A stretch of 63,546 bases of DNA from Octopus bimaculoides (Eukaryota), in contig NC_068997.1 in assembly GCF_001194135.2 (NCBI RefSeq), positions 13,876,782-13,940,327 on the forward strand, read 5' to 3'. Of this stretch, positions 14,048-26,164 are shown piece by piece (the stretch's first letter is position 1; each line of letters opens with the position of its first letter). Below the pieces are notes generated by a model. That model had not been told where the DNA came from, made no database searches, and was given only the letters and a program-made list of their open reading frames with translations. The position numbers and the translations under genes are program-made.

Positions 14048-15013
14048 NNNNNNNNNNNNNNNNNNNNNNNNNNNNNNNNNNNNNNNNNNNNNNNNNNNNN
14101 NNNNNNNNNNNNNNNNNNNNNNNNNNNNNNNNNNNNNNNNNNNNNNNNNNNNNNNNNNNNNNNNNNNNNNNNNNNNNNNNNNNNNNNNNNNNNNNNNNNN
14201 NNNNNNNNNNNNNNNNNNNNNNNNNNNNNNNNNNNNNNNNNNNNNNNNNNNNNNNNNNNNNNNNNNNNNNNNNNNNNNNNNNNNNNNNNNNNNNNNNNNN
14301 NNNNNNNNNNNNNNNNNNNNNNNNNNNNNNNNNNNNNNNNNNNNNNNNNNNNNNNNNNNNNNNNNNNNNNNNNNNNNNNNNNNNNNNNNNNNNNNNNNNN
14401 NNNNNNNNNNNNNNNNNNNNNNNNNNNNNNNNNNNNNNNNNNNNNNNNATATATATGCATTTGATGATAAATAATAAATAAATAAATAATTTAAAACCAC
14501 AGTATCATATTGAGAAATCTCTTCCTAATTATGAACTTTATTCAAGAAATGACAGATTTATTCATTGTGAGGAAGAATGTAGATAGATATTCAGCCAAGG
14601 AGATTTCTCTGGAAGATAACCAAATAAATGGAATCTCTCTCTTTCTCGCTCTCTCTCTCCCTCTCTAAATGTATATGAGGCAATAGATCTCATTGAAGAA
14701 AGGGAAACCAAAAAGAAAGAAGAAAAATAAATTTTTTTTTTCCAGATTTGGGAGAAAAAAAGGTAACGTAATAATAATAATAATAATCATAATAATAATA
14801 ATATGTGTTATATCTATTGAATTCAAAATTAGTAACTCTAATACTACTAATAATAATAGTAATTATTATTATTACAGTTGTAAGGAGGATGATTGATGAT
14901 GATGATGGCAATGACGAAAACGTTGATGATGTATTATAATTTATCCGTATATATCTTGTACAGGGACACACATACACACACACAAACACACACACACAAA
15001 CACACACACACAA

Positions 15014-15047
<34 letters not shown>

Positions 15048-15280
15048 ACATACACACACACATATATATATATATATAGTTATATATAAACATATATCAA
15101 TATGTAATGCATGATTTATGTATCATAACATTTTGAATTTTTAGAACATTCAAATTTATAAGCGAATATGTTTTCTGGCATTCCTACATGCATATGTATA
15201 CATCTGCATATAAGCATTCATATTACATTAATACATGCATGCATTCATATATGCATGCATACATGCATACATACATGAAT

Positions 15281-15555
15281 ACCAGCTGCCCAACAGATGT
15301 TGACATAAAGTTAAAGATCAGCGAAAAAGAAAATACATGCTCTGAACTACTGAGAAATCTGCAGTTACTCAACGCAGATTACAAGTTCAGGTTTATACCT
15401 GTAATTATTGGGGCCCTGGGATATGTAACACACTGCCTTAGTACCAACCTTGAGAAATTAGGCATCTCAAAACAAGAATGAAGAAAGCTGATTTGAAGAT
15501 TACAGTTCCAAGCCATCCCCAGAACTATAAAAAATTGTAAAACTTGCTTGTATTA
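15281..15555 (+). mobile_element. R4/Dong-like non-LTR element, C-terminal restriction-like endonuclease fragment
   Basis: SCPTDVDIKLKISEKENTCSELLRNLQLL..YKFRFIPVIIGALG matches the RLE motif D...P.D.NI..KE.EK..KY..L......IPIVIGALG. Confidence 0.85.
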
Positions 15556-15651
15556 ATTTAATATGAATGTTTATATGCATTTGTATATATATGTGTGTAT
15601 ATGTGAGTTCAGTCATAGATTGAGTCTTCATATATGAATCAATTAGACATT

Positions 15652-16090
15652 ATGAACTTTAAACTTTGATAGCCTTTAGCCAGCATAGTCCCAGGCCATT
15701 TTTAACTTAATAGCACCACCCGGTGAAGTCTTTTAGTCATATATGGGGCACCATGGCCCACTATAGCAAAGATTTACTATTGTTGGAGACATATCTGGGC
15801 GTAGGAGTTTGGTCTGGGATTTTTAAGAGAAATTTGTTCAGGGAACTTTTGAATTTTATGGGATCCATTTCAGTTTTAATGTATTTTGGTATAATATTAA
15901 AGAGAGCTGGACTGGTTGAGGTAAAAGTAATTGTGTTGTAATGTTATGTGTCTTGAGTTTGACTTTTGCAGTGGGCCATTAGCAGAGGGGCCAAGTCTTG
16001 AGTGGATTTTAAAATTGATGCCAACATCATTTATGCAATATTGATGGAATATTTTCCACATCACACAAATGATGTAGCACTCCCAGTGGC
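15652..16090 (-). mobile_element. CR1/L2-group LINE 3' end
   Basis: Minus strand: ECYIICVMWKIFHQYCINDVGINFKIHSRLGP...(frameshift)...TSTSPALFNIIPKYIKTE..PIKFKSSLNKFLLKIPDQTPTPRY..NSKSLL*, typical of CR1-group ORF2 ends (ERY.I...WKI / LFN.LP..I / FK..LDKFL..IPD.P). Short aaagttt tail. Confidence 0.85.
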
Positions 16091-16390
16091 ATTAACTCTT
16101 CCCAAAGTATTCTATGATGATCAGAGCTATACACCCAAATAAGTTCTACAACTCTCCTTCAACAGATCATTGAAAGAAAAGCTGTAGAAAGTAGTATTTT
16201 GCTATATTGCCCAGAATACCTCAGTTTGACAGCAACATCAGTGATTAAAGCATATCTTGGAGCAAGTCCAAGATATCACCTGCCATTTTGAAGAATATGT
16301 TTTGATATAATACAGGAACAATAAATTGTAAATAGCAACAAAAAGCTCTGATACACAAATAAAGATAAGGTTTCTGATACCACCCAGATA

Positions 16391-17007
16391 AGAAAGTTCC
16401 GAGGAGGGTTGAAGGGGAGGAGGGGGATGAAGGATTTCCTTGATAAATCCAAGAAGGGGTGAGAAGCTTCCTGGAAAGTTCTGAGGAGAGGGAGGTAGAA
16501 CTTCCTGGAAAAGTCCAAGGAGTGGTGGCAACTTCGTGGGAAGTTCCGAGGATTGGGAAGGGGAAGAAGGAGCAACTTCCTGGAAAGTTCCGAGGATGCG
16601 GAGGAAGGACTTCTTGGAAAAGTCCAAGGAGAGGTGAAGAGGAGAAGAGGGATAAAGGAATCCTGGAAAGTCCAGGGAAGGTGTGGACAACTTCCTGCAA
16701 TGTTCCGAGGATGGAAGGACTTCCAAGAAAATTCCATGGGTGGATGCAACTACCGGGAAAGTTTCGAATGGGGGTGCAGAGGAGAGGAGGAAGGGCATTC
16801 AGGAAAAGTCCAAGGAGGAGGTGGGAAACTTCTTGGAAAATTCCTAGGAGGAGGATGGGAAGAAGGAGAGGAGGAGGGTGAAGGACTTCCTGGAAAAGTG
16901 CGAGGGTGTAGGCAACTTCCTTGAAAGTTCCGAGGGATGGGGACGGGATGGAAAGAGAAGGACTTCCAAGTAGGGACCTGAGTGGGACTTCCTGGAAAAA
17001 TCCATGG
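16391..17007. repeat. Array of about 17 short palindromic units (type A gcAACTTCCTGGAAAGTTCCgagg; type B GGACTTCCTGGAAAAGTCCaagg) with variable purine-rich spacers
   Basis: Cores at 16436, 16468, 16502, 16533, 16577, 16611, 16660, 16692, 16721, 16751, 16797, 16830, 16887, 16917, 16964, 16989, plus a half unit at 16391. Periods 25-57 bp. Confidence 0.92.
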
Positions 17008-17159
17008 AGGGGGAGGAAGGAGAGGAAGGGGTGTATCTTTTCAGAGAAGCGAGATGTGATTAGCAGGGGTCGTAAATGAAAAGTTGAGCAGGGTAAGAAT
17101 TCTTACTAATAGCTCTGGCATTCAACTTTTAATCATTTGTAGTTATTCTGTGGTTGCCT

Positions 17160-17337
17160 GTTATCATTTAGTCTTTGGTCAGTCATGATCGAGCAGACCT
17201 AAGACCGACGGTGTTCCAGTTATTACACTTCTGTGTCTTCTATTCTAAGACTAAATTATTTGTAAATGCAGTAGTGTGTGGCTTGGGAGGATGCTGGTAA
17301 TGCTTTTTAGCTATTGGGCGACCATGAAGAGAGTCCG
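17160..17337 (+). mobile_element. SINE-like repeat fragment (family D type)
   Basis: ggtcagtcatgatcgagcagacctaagacc...ttccag...gtgtggcttgggagg...gcgaccatgaagag. Opposite orientation to the copy at 10975-11420. Confidence 0.55.
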
Positions 17338-17529
17338 CCAATTAATTGTAGCGTAAATAACCTTTTGTTAAAAATGGGTGCCTATTCTTACTTCATGTCA
17401 CTTTTTAATTAATATCTGCCTTGTAATTTCAGCAATAGTCATAGCATTTAATTTTAAAGAACTGACTTCATAGAACAGGAAAAGTAAACAGCAACAACTA
17501 CATTAATTAAAAGCAACCACTACTACAAC

Positions 17530-18075
17530 AAAAGTATGAAAACTAAAGCAGACTGTGGAATTCAACACTGAGGATGTCACCCACATCCTAAGTAGATGTC
17601 AAAAAATTTAATTATGTTATTATTTCTCACAAATGAGAGATGATATCCAAGCCAGAATATTGTACAGTAAAATCTGTTGTAAGGATAAACTCGAGGAAAA
17701 GAAAACTGGTAAAATATTGCAGTTAAGACCTCAGTAAACTGAAAGTCTAACAGGCCAGATATAATGACTTGGGAGTGAGGAAAGAAACTATGCACAACTA
17801 TGAGGGAAATCAGCACTGATTAGATGTTAACACTGTGCTGAGAAATAAAAAAGCATCTGGGTCCAAATAGTGATTCATCAGCAGCTAATCTACTCTGACT
17901 ATAAATTTAGATTTACACCAATAATTAATGGAGCATTTGGATATATAACTAACTGCCTGAGCAACAGTCTTGAGAAAGCAGGACTCGAAAATATAAAGGC
18001 AGCACAGCTAGTTAGGAAATTACAGATATAAGCAATCAAAACCACTGTGAAAATATGTAAAATGTTTCAGAATTT
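17530..18075 (+). mobile_element. R4/Dong-like element 3' fragment (CCHC knuckle to RLE)
   Basis: ...EDVTHILSRCQK..YY..MRDD.. (zinc-knuckle region) and YKFRFTPIINGAFGYITNCLSNSLEK, paralogous to 15281-15555. Confidence 0.75.
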
Positions 18076-18116
18076 GAAGTGTAATAAGTGCATATATTAA
18101 CATGGAGCTATGCATG

Positions 18117-18276
18117 TATATGCTTGTGTACATATACCCAAGTCAAAGCACACAGATCCACACATGCAATAGAATATATGCTTGTGTACATGTATATGTG
18201 TGAACGTGCATATACACATGCAATAGCATATATGCTTGCGTACATGTATATGTGTGAACGTGCATATACACATGCA
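18117..18276. repeat. Tandem 54-58 bp unit (two near-identical copies plus one diverged copy)
   Basis: tatatgcttg(t/c)gtacatgtatatgtgtgaacgtgcatatacacatgca at 18175 and 18229; diverged copy at 18117. Confidence 0.85.
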
Positions 18277-18379
18277 TGTATGGTTATATGCCTACACACA
18301 TCTATGCATACATGCGTGTATGATACAGACATACATGCAACAGTAAATGTAGATGCTAACATCATTGCTAGAAGTTATA

Positions 18380-19190
18380 TCAAAATGTATGATGAAACGT
18401 ATTGGGCAATCAATACTTAACTGTATACAGCTGCTATCACTCTCAAAGCAAAGCTAGGAATTACATGCAAAGGACATGGTAATGAAATAACGCCTGCAAC
18501 CCAGATGGATGACAGAAAATATCAACAACCTGCACTGAAGAATAAAACATTTAGATGTCATCATAAGGTAAATAATTTCACAGAGCACCATCTAAATTAT
18601 GCAGAAAGAAAAAAACTGAATGGTGATTCTACACTCCAAAATCTTGAGGGGAAATCAATGAGTTCAAAACTCAAAATGAAGACGTTGAGTGCAAAACCTT
18701 GTTGTCCAAAAACTACTTCAATAAGCTAGTATTAAACACATGTTTGCTTCTAATCCAGAAGTTCTATGCCAGAGGATAAAAAAATTATCAATATCTCCAT
18801 AAAAATGTCCCTTCTTGTAAAGTTTTAAAATAAATTTGGTCTAAGATCTAGAATAAAAAGCAGGACTTCAATCAGAATGTATCACATCTAAATACAATCA
18901 TGAATAAGTACCGAAGCAATATTAAAAGGGAAATTTACACAATCGACCTTTGAAATGTTCACCAAAGATGTGAGAAAGTTGTTTAATGGGAGGGCATTTG
19001 GAAGAAACCTAATAGCTGCATAGTTGTACAAGATGTTGATGTTTAGCAGAAAGTCCCTTACAAACTTATTTCAAAGAAAAATGGGAAGTCAGTTTGCTTA
19101 TGATGGCTCAAAGAACAAACCAAGCTGCAAGGTATTGAAAGGACTTGATGTTGTAAAGCAAACTGGTCTATACAACATATAATTAATTAA
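18380..19190 (+). mobile_element. R4/Dong-like element, decayed N-terminal/pre-RT part of the ORF
   Basis: ETYWAINT*LYTAAITLK and later HMFASNPE..., resembling the TYW.IN..LY.AA and QF..NPK..YR motifs upstream of the R4-type RT. Heavily decayed. Confidence 0.55.
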
Positions 19191-19456
19191 CGTTTAATTG
19201 CAATACACTTTACTCAACATCGTTTTGAGAGATTTGCATGCTTTAAATAAGTACAATCATACCCATATATGGAGATAACTGTATATGAGAGAGCTTAAGG
19301 TGTAAGGAACTGAATTAATAAAGAAGAGAACAGAAAAGTGTAGATGACAAATGCAGTTTTAAAATGGTTGAATGCTGAATATAATTAATTTTTGTGATTA
19401 ATTTTCTTGTCTTAATTACGGGGAAATCATTTTCTTAGAGTCAACTTTTACAAAAG

Positions 19457-19660
19457 TTGCGGTTGTGAGGTAAGAAATTTGCTTCTCAACCACATGATTC
19501 TTGGTTCAGTCTCATTGCATGGTACCTTGGGTATGTATTTTCTATAACCCTGGGCTTACCACAGCCTTGTGAGTTGATATCATTCATGGAAACTGTAAGA
19601 AATCTGTTATATAGATACATATGTGCATGTGTGTTTCTGTGTTTGTCCTCCCTAGAACCC
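19457..19660 (+). mobile_element. SINE family A, degenerate 5' half
   Basis: gcggttgtgaggtaagaaatttgcttctcaaccacatgattcttggttcagtc... aligns with the intact head at 27796. An opposite-strand tail fragment lies at 19843-19925. Confidence 0.75.
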
Positions 19661-20090
19661 ATAGTGGAAATAGTCATTATTTATTCCCTCATCCTTCAGC
19701 ATCTTCACTTCAATGCTAACATGAACAAGATAGAACTTGTTTTGAATCAGCCATTTCCATTCAAATGCCTTTTCTGATGTCAGCATGTTTAGTAGCCTCT
19801 TACCAATTGCTGGAATACGATATTTAAAAAAAGAAAATGGTCTTTTATCTTTTACTGGTTTAAGTCATTGAACTGCGGCCATCAAGGGGTTTTAGTCAAA
19901 CAAATCAAATCCAGTACATATTTCTTCTTAGGGGGTTTGTTAATTATTCTTTCTGTGTCTTTTGTTGAAATGTGAAGCTACAGAAATGTAAGGAACAAAC
20001 AAACAGTATCTGTCAAGCGTTCTGTGTGGACACACACATAAAGTCACGTATACAAATACACACACAATTATATATATATTAATGTATGTA

Positions 20091-20215
20091 TTGGGTTATT
20101 CCATAATTAGTGTGGTTTTTTCAAACTTCTTTTATTTTTCAAAATTAAGATAAACAAAGTTCTTTTTTAATCTAAAATATACTCTCCTTCATTTCTAGTA
20201 ATTTGAGCAAACATA
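20091..20215 (-). mobile_element. mariner/Tc1 element 3' terminus
   Basis: TA|TTGGGTTATTCCATAA terminal repeat. Minus strand reads ITRNEGEYILD*, resembling the mariner transposase C-terminus (V..NEGEYF.D*). Confidence 0.65.
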
Positions 20216-20723
20216 GGAAAGAGTCACAAATTATGTGCTTCCAACAATGATATCGGCTATTCTAACCAAGATTTAGTGACTTGTAATACAGTATGGTCTT
20301 TGGAATTGCATTTTATAAGTTGAAGTAAAAATATTTTGATGGTGATTGCCTAACACAAACTGGAAGTATAGGGCATTTTGATTTGCTGAGGTAAGATGAG
20401 AAAGGAAAAAGGAGAAAATGACAAATTCCTACATTGAAATATTAACAGCACACAATGGGATCCTTTAGATGCTGATCGTAAATTTGATCCAGGGATTGAA
20501 AGCATATTGACAGCTTTGAAATCCAAATGCAAAATCTTATCAATGTTAACTTTATATTCCCTGTTATATGATATTAAAGTCAACTTAAGCAATATATGTG
20601 CATATGTATATATTAACTTAATATATATATAGTTAAGCTATACATACACACACACACACATAAATATGTATGTATATATATGTATGCATATTTCTATATA
20701 TATGTATGTAGATATGTATATAT

Positions 20724-20773
<50 letters not shown>

Positions 20774-21820
20774 GTATATGTATTAATGTATATATATATG
20801 TATGTGTGTGTGTTCTCACACATTTAGAGGAACATGCTTCCTGGCATCAATATATAGCCACATGAGCATATATGTATGTATACATGTATGTATGTATATA
20901 CATGCATGTATACACACACACATAAAGAGAGAGATAGAGAGAGAAAGTGAAAGAACGAAAGATAGATATAAAATACATAACGTTTATCTACATACATTAT
21001 ATGTTTATATACTCATATACACACAGGCAAGAAGGAAATAAAATGAAAAGCACTTAAATAAATAGAAACCATCTTCTTGGTTTTCCTTATTACAATTTTT
21101 TTTTCATAAGGAGGCTACATTTTTTTTTTCAAATTATATACTACATAATATTGTCGTTATTATTAGTAGGCATAGTATAAAGAAAAGATTATTATTATTA
21201 TTATTACTATTATTATTATTATTATTATTATTGGCATTATTTTTATTAACTATTAAGACTGATTTTATTTTATTTTTAGCTTTACCTTAACTTTTGGATT
21301 AGCCAAAGAAAAAAAAAATAATGATAAATAAGAAAGTGAGGAAGAAAAAAAATATTGTCAACTATTCCTGTATATTAAATCCACCAAAGAAATTTCATAT
21401 TCTATGTTAGAACTTGAAGATCGCTTTTAAGTGAGCTCATTTTTGTTTTTGTCTCTGTGTTTTTCCCCCCTTTTTTTTTGCAGTATGTATATGTATGTTT
21501 GCGTGTTTAATACACACAGACACACACACATATGTATGTATATAAGTATTTAATATGTGTGTGTGAATGTATGTCCCTTTCCTTTTATATCACAAGCAAG
21601 CTGAACCATCGGTAAACAATGAATGCTTATATGGGTAGACATGAAAGATTTCTCAAAGAACTTGAATATATTCAGACCTTTGCTCCAAGGTGCCAACCAT
21701 TTTCTTTCTTTCTTTCTTTCTTCTTTTTTTATTAGATTTTGATTTTTAGATTTACTTCTATTTTTTTTACTTCTTCACTTTCGTTTATTTTTTTAAACTT
21801 CATTCATTTTTTTTTTGTAG

Positions 21821-21857
21821 TCTTTGGGTTGGTTATGGTGGTGAAGATACAGATGAG
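21821..21857 (+). CDS. Candidate short exon LWVGYGGEDTDE (or terminal exon continuing VRNQYHYPSS*)
   Basis: Long T-tract ttttttttgtag| acceptor and gag|gttagg donor. The phase-2 start is compatible with the end of the 8461-8598 candidate. Confidence 0.25.
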
Positions 21858-22154
21858 GTTAGGAACCAGTACCACTATCCCTCCTCATGATATAATATAA
21901 TATAATAAATGAAAATAATAACCAAAAAAAAGAAAAGGGCAGAAAATTAGGAAAAAAGCAAAATAAACAATATTTTTCGACAACCAAACCACCACAGCCC
22001 CCAAAGAACCCCTCAAAATAATAAATAAATATAAAAAATATCAAAGCTATAATATAGTATATACACACATGTACTCATGTATTTGTTTGCATGTGTCTAA
22101 GTATGTGAATATATATGCACATACATACATATATATATGCATCTATGTATGTGT

Positions 22155-22195
<41 letters not shown>

Positions 22196-22355
22196 TAGGG
22201 GGATAAGAGAACATCAACAACAAAACAAGAAGAGAATGAGAGAATAAGACCAGTAACTAAAATGCATCTCCCTTGCAACTTTCCAATTATTACTTAAAAG
22301 GAATATTTTAGGAAGTGCTTTTACTCAGCATTGTATAAACCATTTTAATGTCTAC

Positions 22356-22394
<39 letters not shown>

Positions 22395-22758
22395 CATTAT
22401 TATTATTATTATTTTTATTTTTCATTTATTCTGTTCAACTGTGTGGTAAGAAGCCTTTGTGCACATATACGTGTATGCGCTAAGGAGTATAAACATGAAT
22501 GCGTATGTGTGTTTTACTTTGATTTTTTTTTTTATATATTTAATTTCATAAGTCTTTTTTTTATTTGTAATTTATTTTTTGTCTATTATTTTTTTATTTT
22601 AAAATTTTATTTTATGCTGTGTTTGTGTATGTTTTTTTTTTAGTGTGTGTGCTTTTTCAAATAATAAACTTTTGTAAGAAACTGCTTGATTCTTGTGCAA
22701 TTCACTGGGTAATTCTTCTGTCAATTTCTGTGTTACTTTATATATATATGTCTGTGTG

Positions 22759-22803
<45 letters not shown>

Positions 22804-23053
22804 CACATATACATATCTATACATATATATGTATAGATATGTATGTATATAAATATAAATTAAAAATAGAAATAATAATATTAATATTGATGATAATGGT
22901 ACTACCATTACTAATAATGTTGAAGATGATCATCATGATGATGATACAAAGGGGAATAACCGTTATAATGACAACAATAACAACAACAGCAGCTATAATA
23001 ATGAATTTGAATGTATCTGAGAGCTAGATGAAAAGATTTAAATAAAAGATAAA

Positions 23054-23096
<43 letters not shown>

Positions 23097-23372
23097 TGAT
23101 GATGATGATAATAATAATAATGATAATAAAATATTAAGGAAATTCAGATGAAAATGAGAAAATACCTATATCCGGGCATTTTGTATAATTTTATATTTTG
23201 ACATGGCTACTTTTTTTTCCGCTATTTCTTTTATATCAAATAACTTTCATAAAGTAGGTTCTCCTTTTTTTTAGGATACCTCTATGTTTGAAATTTTTTA
23301 AACACTCACACACACACACACACANNNNNNNNNNNNNNNNNNNNNNNNNNNNNNNNNNNNNNNNNNNNNNNN

Positions 23373-23409
<37 letters not shown>

Positions 23410-23979
23410 ATGTATATAAAAAGATATAGATATTTATATACATATATTTCTCATTTTTTAAATGTTTTATGAAACAGGAATAGATGTGGATTAGTAATAC
23501 TGATTAAAAAACTTTTGAACGTTCAGGTTACCTCAACAAATCTGTTCTTCAAAGAAAAAAAGAAAAGGAAAATGAAAACGAAATAAAAATATTTTAAAAA
23601 ATACAACAAAGAACCATGCCTTAATATAGAAGAATTATTTTGTAACTAGTATACTTGTGCTGTTAAAAATGATAGCCACTTCAGTTCAACATTCTTTAGC
23701 TTTAAAGAAATATTCTTTATACTGCAGAACATATTTGTCTTCTGTCTATTTTTTAAAACTTTGTTTGTAAAGTAGGGTTGGTTCAAATCAATGATACAGC
23801 AGTTAATATGTGGTTAGCTATACCTACTATATTAAGAAAAGTAACAAAACCAGCTTCCCACAAGTTACAGCCTTATATACTTGAAAGTGATGGACACATT
23901 GTAAAATACGTATTCCTATCAATAATTTTAGCACCAAGCTTAAACATAGCATAACATTTGTTTTGCCTACACCCTGTAG

Positions 23980-24040
23980 TAGTAGAAGTAGTAGTAGCAG
24001 CAGCAGCTGTAGTAGTAGTAGTTGTAGTAGCAGAAGCAAC

Positions 24041-24073
<33 letters not shown>

Positions 24074-24138
24074 TGTAGTAGCAGCAGCAACAGTAGTAGT
24101 AGTAGTAGTAGTAGTGGTTATTGTTTTGGTGAACCCAG
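23980..24138 (+). CDS. Candidate 159-nt symmetric exon encoding a Ser-rich tract ending GYCFGEP
   Basis: tttgttttgcctacaccctgtag| acceptor and consensus CAG|GTAAGT donor at 24138/24139. The body is an (AGT/AGC)n repeat, so it may be non-coding. Confidence 0.3.
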
Positions 24139-24337
24139 GTAAGTCATAAGTTAGTTGACCTTTGATCAAATGTCAACAGTAGATGTTGGTTCAAATACCA
24201 GGGCAGCCTAAAGGGGTTATTCAAGCTAACATTTTACCTGCCATTATTTGCGGCTTTTTGAGTGTGCTTCAAGATATAAGAAAGAATTACTTCACATTCC
24301 TTTGAAAATTATAAAATGTTTATGAATTTTTTTATGA

Positions 24338-24398
24338 GGCGCAGGAGTGGCTGTGTGGTAAGTAGCTTGCTTACCAACCATATATATANNNNNNNNNN

Positions 24399-24438
<40 letters not shown>

Positions 24439-24565
24439 TCACACACTCATATATAATGGCAGGACAAGTTTCTGTTCATTTTGTGCCAACCAGTTCCACT
24501 AAAAAGGTATGGGTCAGCTCAGAGCTATAGTAGAAGACAATTATCCAATGTGCCATGCAGTGGAA
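24338..24565. mobile_element. SINE family A: intact + head (24338-24380) and an opposite-strand middle fragment (about 24450-24565) across a 10-N gap
   Basis: ggcgcaggagtggctgtgtggtaagtagcttgcttaccaacca, then gagctatagtagaagacaattatccaatgtgccatgcagtgg. Confidence 0.75.
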
Positions 24566-24571
24566 ATGTGA

Positions 24572-24760
24572 AATAGGTGGCTTAGTGGTTAGGATGTTGG
24601 ACTCATGATTGTAAGCTTGTGGTTTCAATTCCTGGCCTGGGTGATGCATTGTGTTCTTGAGCAAAACACTTCATTTCACGTTGTTTCAGTCCACTCAGCT
24701 GGCAAAAATGAGTGACCCTGCAATGGACCCGTATTCTATCCATGTGGGGAATACACAACC
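24572..24760 (+). mobile_element. tRNA-derived SINE (family B type)
   Basis: A-box ggtggcttagtggttagg and B-box-like gtttcaattcc, then gttcttgagcaaaacacttcatttcacgttg...cagctggcaaaaatgagt. Confidence 0.85.
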
Positions 24761-24799
24761 TTACCTTTACCCTTGCCATGCATTGGGATTGAACTCTAA

Positions 24800-25230
24800 A
24801 CGATGCTGTTGAGAAGTCAACTTCTTTGTAAGATAACTATGCCTGAAGACATAGGTACTGAACCTGTTATCATGTGCAAAGGCTGGAATGAAATTAGGTG
24901 AGTATGCTCCAGGGATTATATGATGTATGCATGCATTAATGACAGAGGATAAATAAGTTAAGAGAAGAGTGGTGGGCATAGGAGAAGAAAGGCATAGTGT
25001 AAGTAAGAAGACTTCACTGGTACAAATAGAACATCTGTATTCTTGTGAAGGAGGGCCAAGTAATTCAAGTGGCAGGAAGCTGCAGAAAAGGAAGACTAGA
25101 AGACTGAGGTAAAGTGGAAAGGTGTGGTTAAGATTGATCTTAATATACTGGATGCTACAAAGGGGACCACAAGTGACTGTAACAAGTTGCAAGACTATAG
25201 TGTAGTGTACTACGACAGAAGCCCCAGTTG
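24800..25230 (+). mobile_element. RTE LINE decayed ORF2 3' fragment
   Basis: VRRLHWY (RTE: ERRLRWYGH) followed by a sequence resembling GR.RKTW..VV..DL..L. Confidence 0.6.
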
Positions 25231-26164
25231 CAACTTTTTCTAGCATTAGAAATTATGACGAAAACTGATGATGGTTATGATGATGATATTGTTGGTGGTG
25301 CTGTTACTGTGTAGTGGCTATATGATGTTTCATATTAAAAGAAAATTACTTCTGTTTTATTTTCTTTGATCTGTATTGTGTGCACGTAGTTAGCAAAGGT
25401 TATCTTTAATCAATATGCTACCATGAACTTCCACATATGTTCCATAGAAATCCTGTGATGATTGCAATCATTTGGTATGATTTTTTCCCTAAATTCATAT
25501 ACGATTTGCAAACAAATAATTGCACATTACTTTATCAAGATATAGACAATGTTAGGAGTACAGAGGCACAAAACAAAAGCCAAAAAAAAAAAAGCTAGAA
25601 GAAAGTGTGTACACTGAGAGACGTATTTTATAGTATGAAAAACTTTCTTAACTTGTATATTAACCAGATACTTAATGTGAAATAATTCATAAATAAATAT
25701 ATTTAGTACATATCTTTTGTTATTTCTTCTTTATTTTTCCATCACCATCATAATGTTGTCATCATCATCATCGTCAATAGTAACAGCAAGAACAACTACT
25801 GCTGCACAGTACAAGAGCAGGTGCATTTGTCACTAACTAAATATATATGATTATAGACTTGTTGCCTTTGGTAAATAAAATTATTGTTTTGTGATTAAAT
25901 AGTTCGGTGGAAACATCTGTACATCAGCCTAACAGATAAGTAAATATGAACATAGTTAATGTATTCAGCATTAAAATGTAGATAGAAATAAATATATAGT
26001 GGGGAATAATAACAATTTTAGTCAAGGTCTGATGCTATTATCATTTTCTATAGTAAGTATGGGAGACAGTTCTATATATGTCTACACATCAATCTGACTT
26101 CATCAGTATAGAATTCTGCTCACTGGTAGATGTAAGAGTGAAAGAATAACTAAGTAAGTTAGTA

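Noticed and set aside
16238-16924. Overlapping 120-190 aa ORFs on both strands across the palindromic array
   Set aside because: The purine-rich composition removes stops, and unit periods are not multiples of 3, so no consistent peptide repeat is maintained.
16391-17007. CRISPR array interpretation
   Set aside because: The context is eukaryotic, spacers are low-complexity and variable in length, the repeats are degenerate and of two types, and no cas genes are present. Only the architecture is superficially similar.
21821-21857. WVGYG resembles the chromodomain KW.GY motif
   Set aside because: The following N/D-TWEP motif and the upstream aromatic-cage residues are absent.
24575-24640. tRNA-like sequences here and at the SINE heads (27796, 51083)
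   Set aside because: They have A/B boxes but no complete cloverleaf, and they continue into SINE bodies; not tRNA genes.
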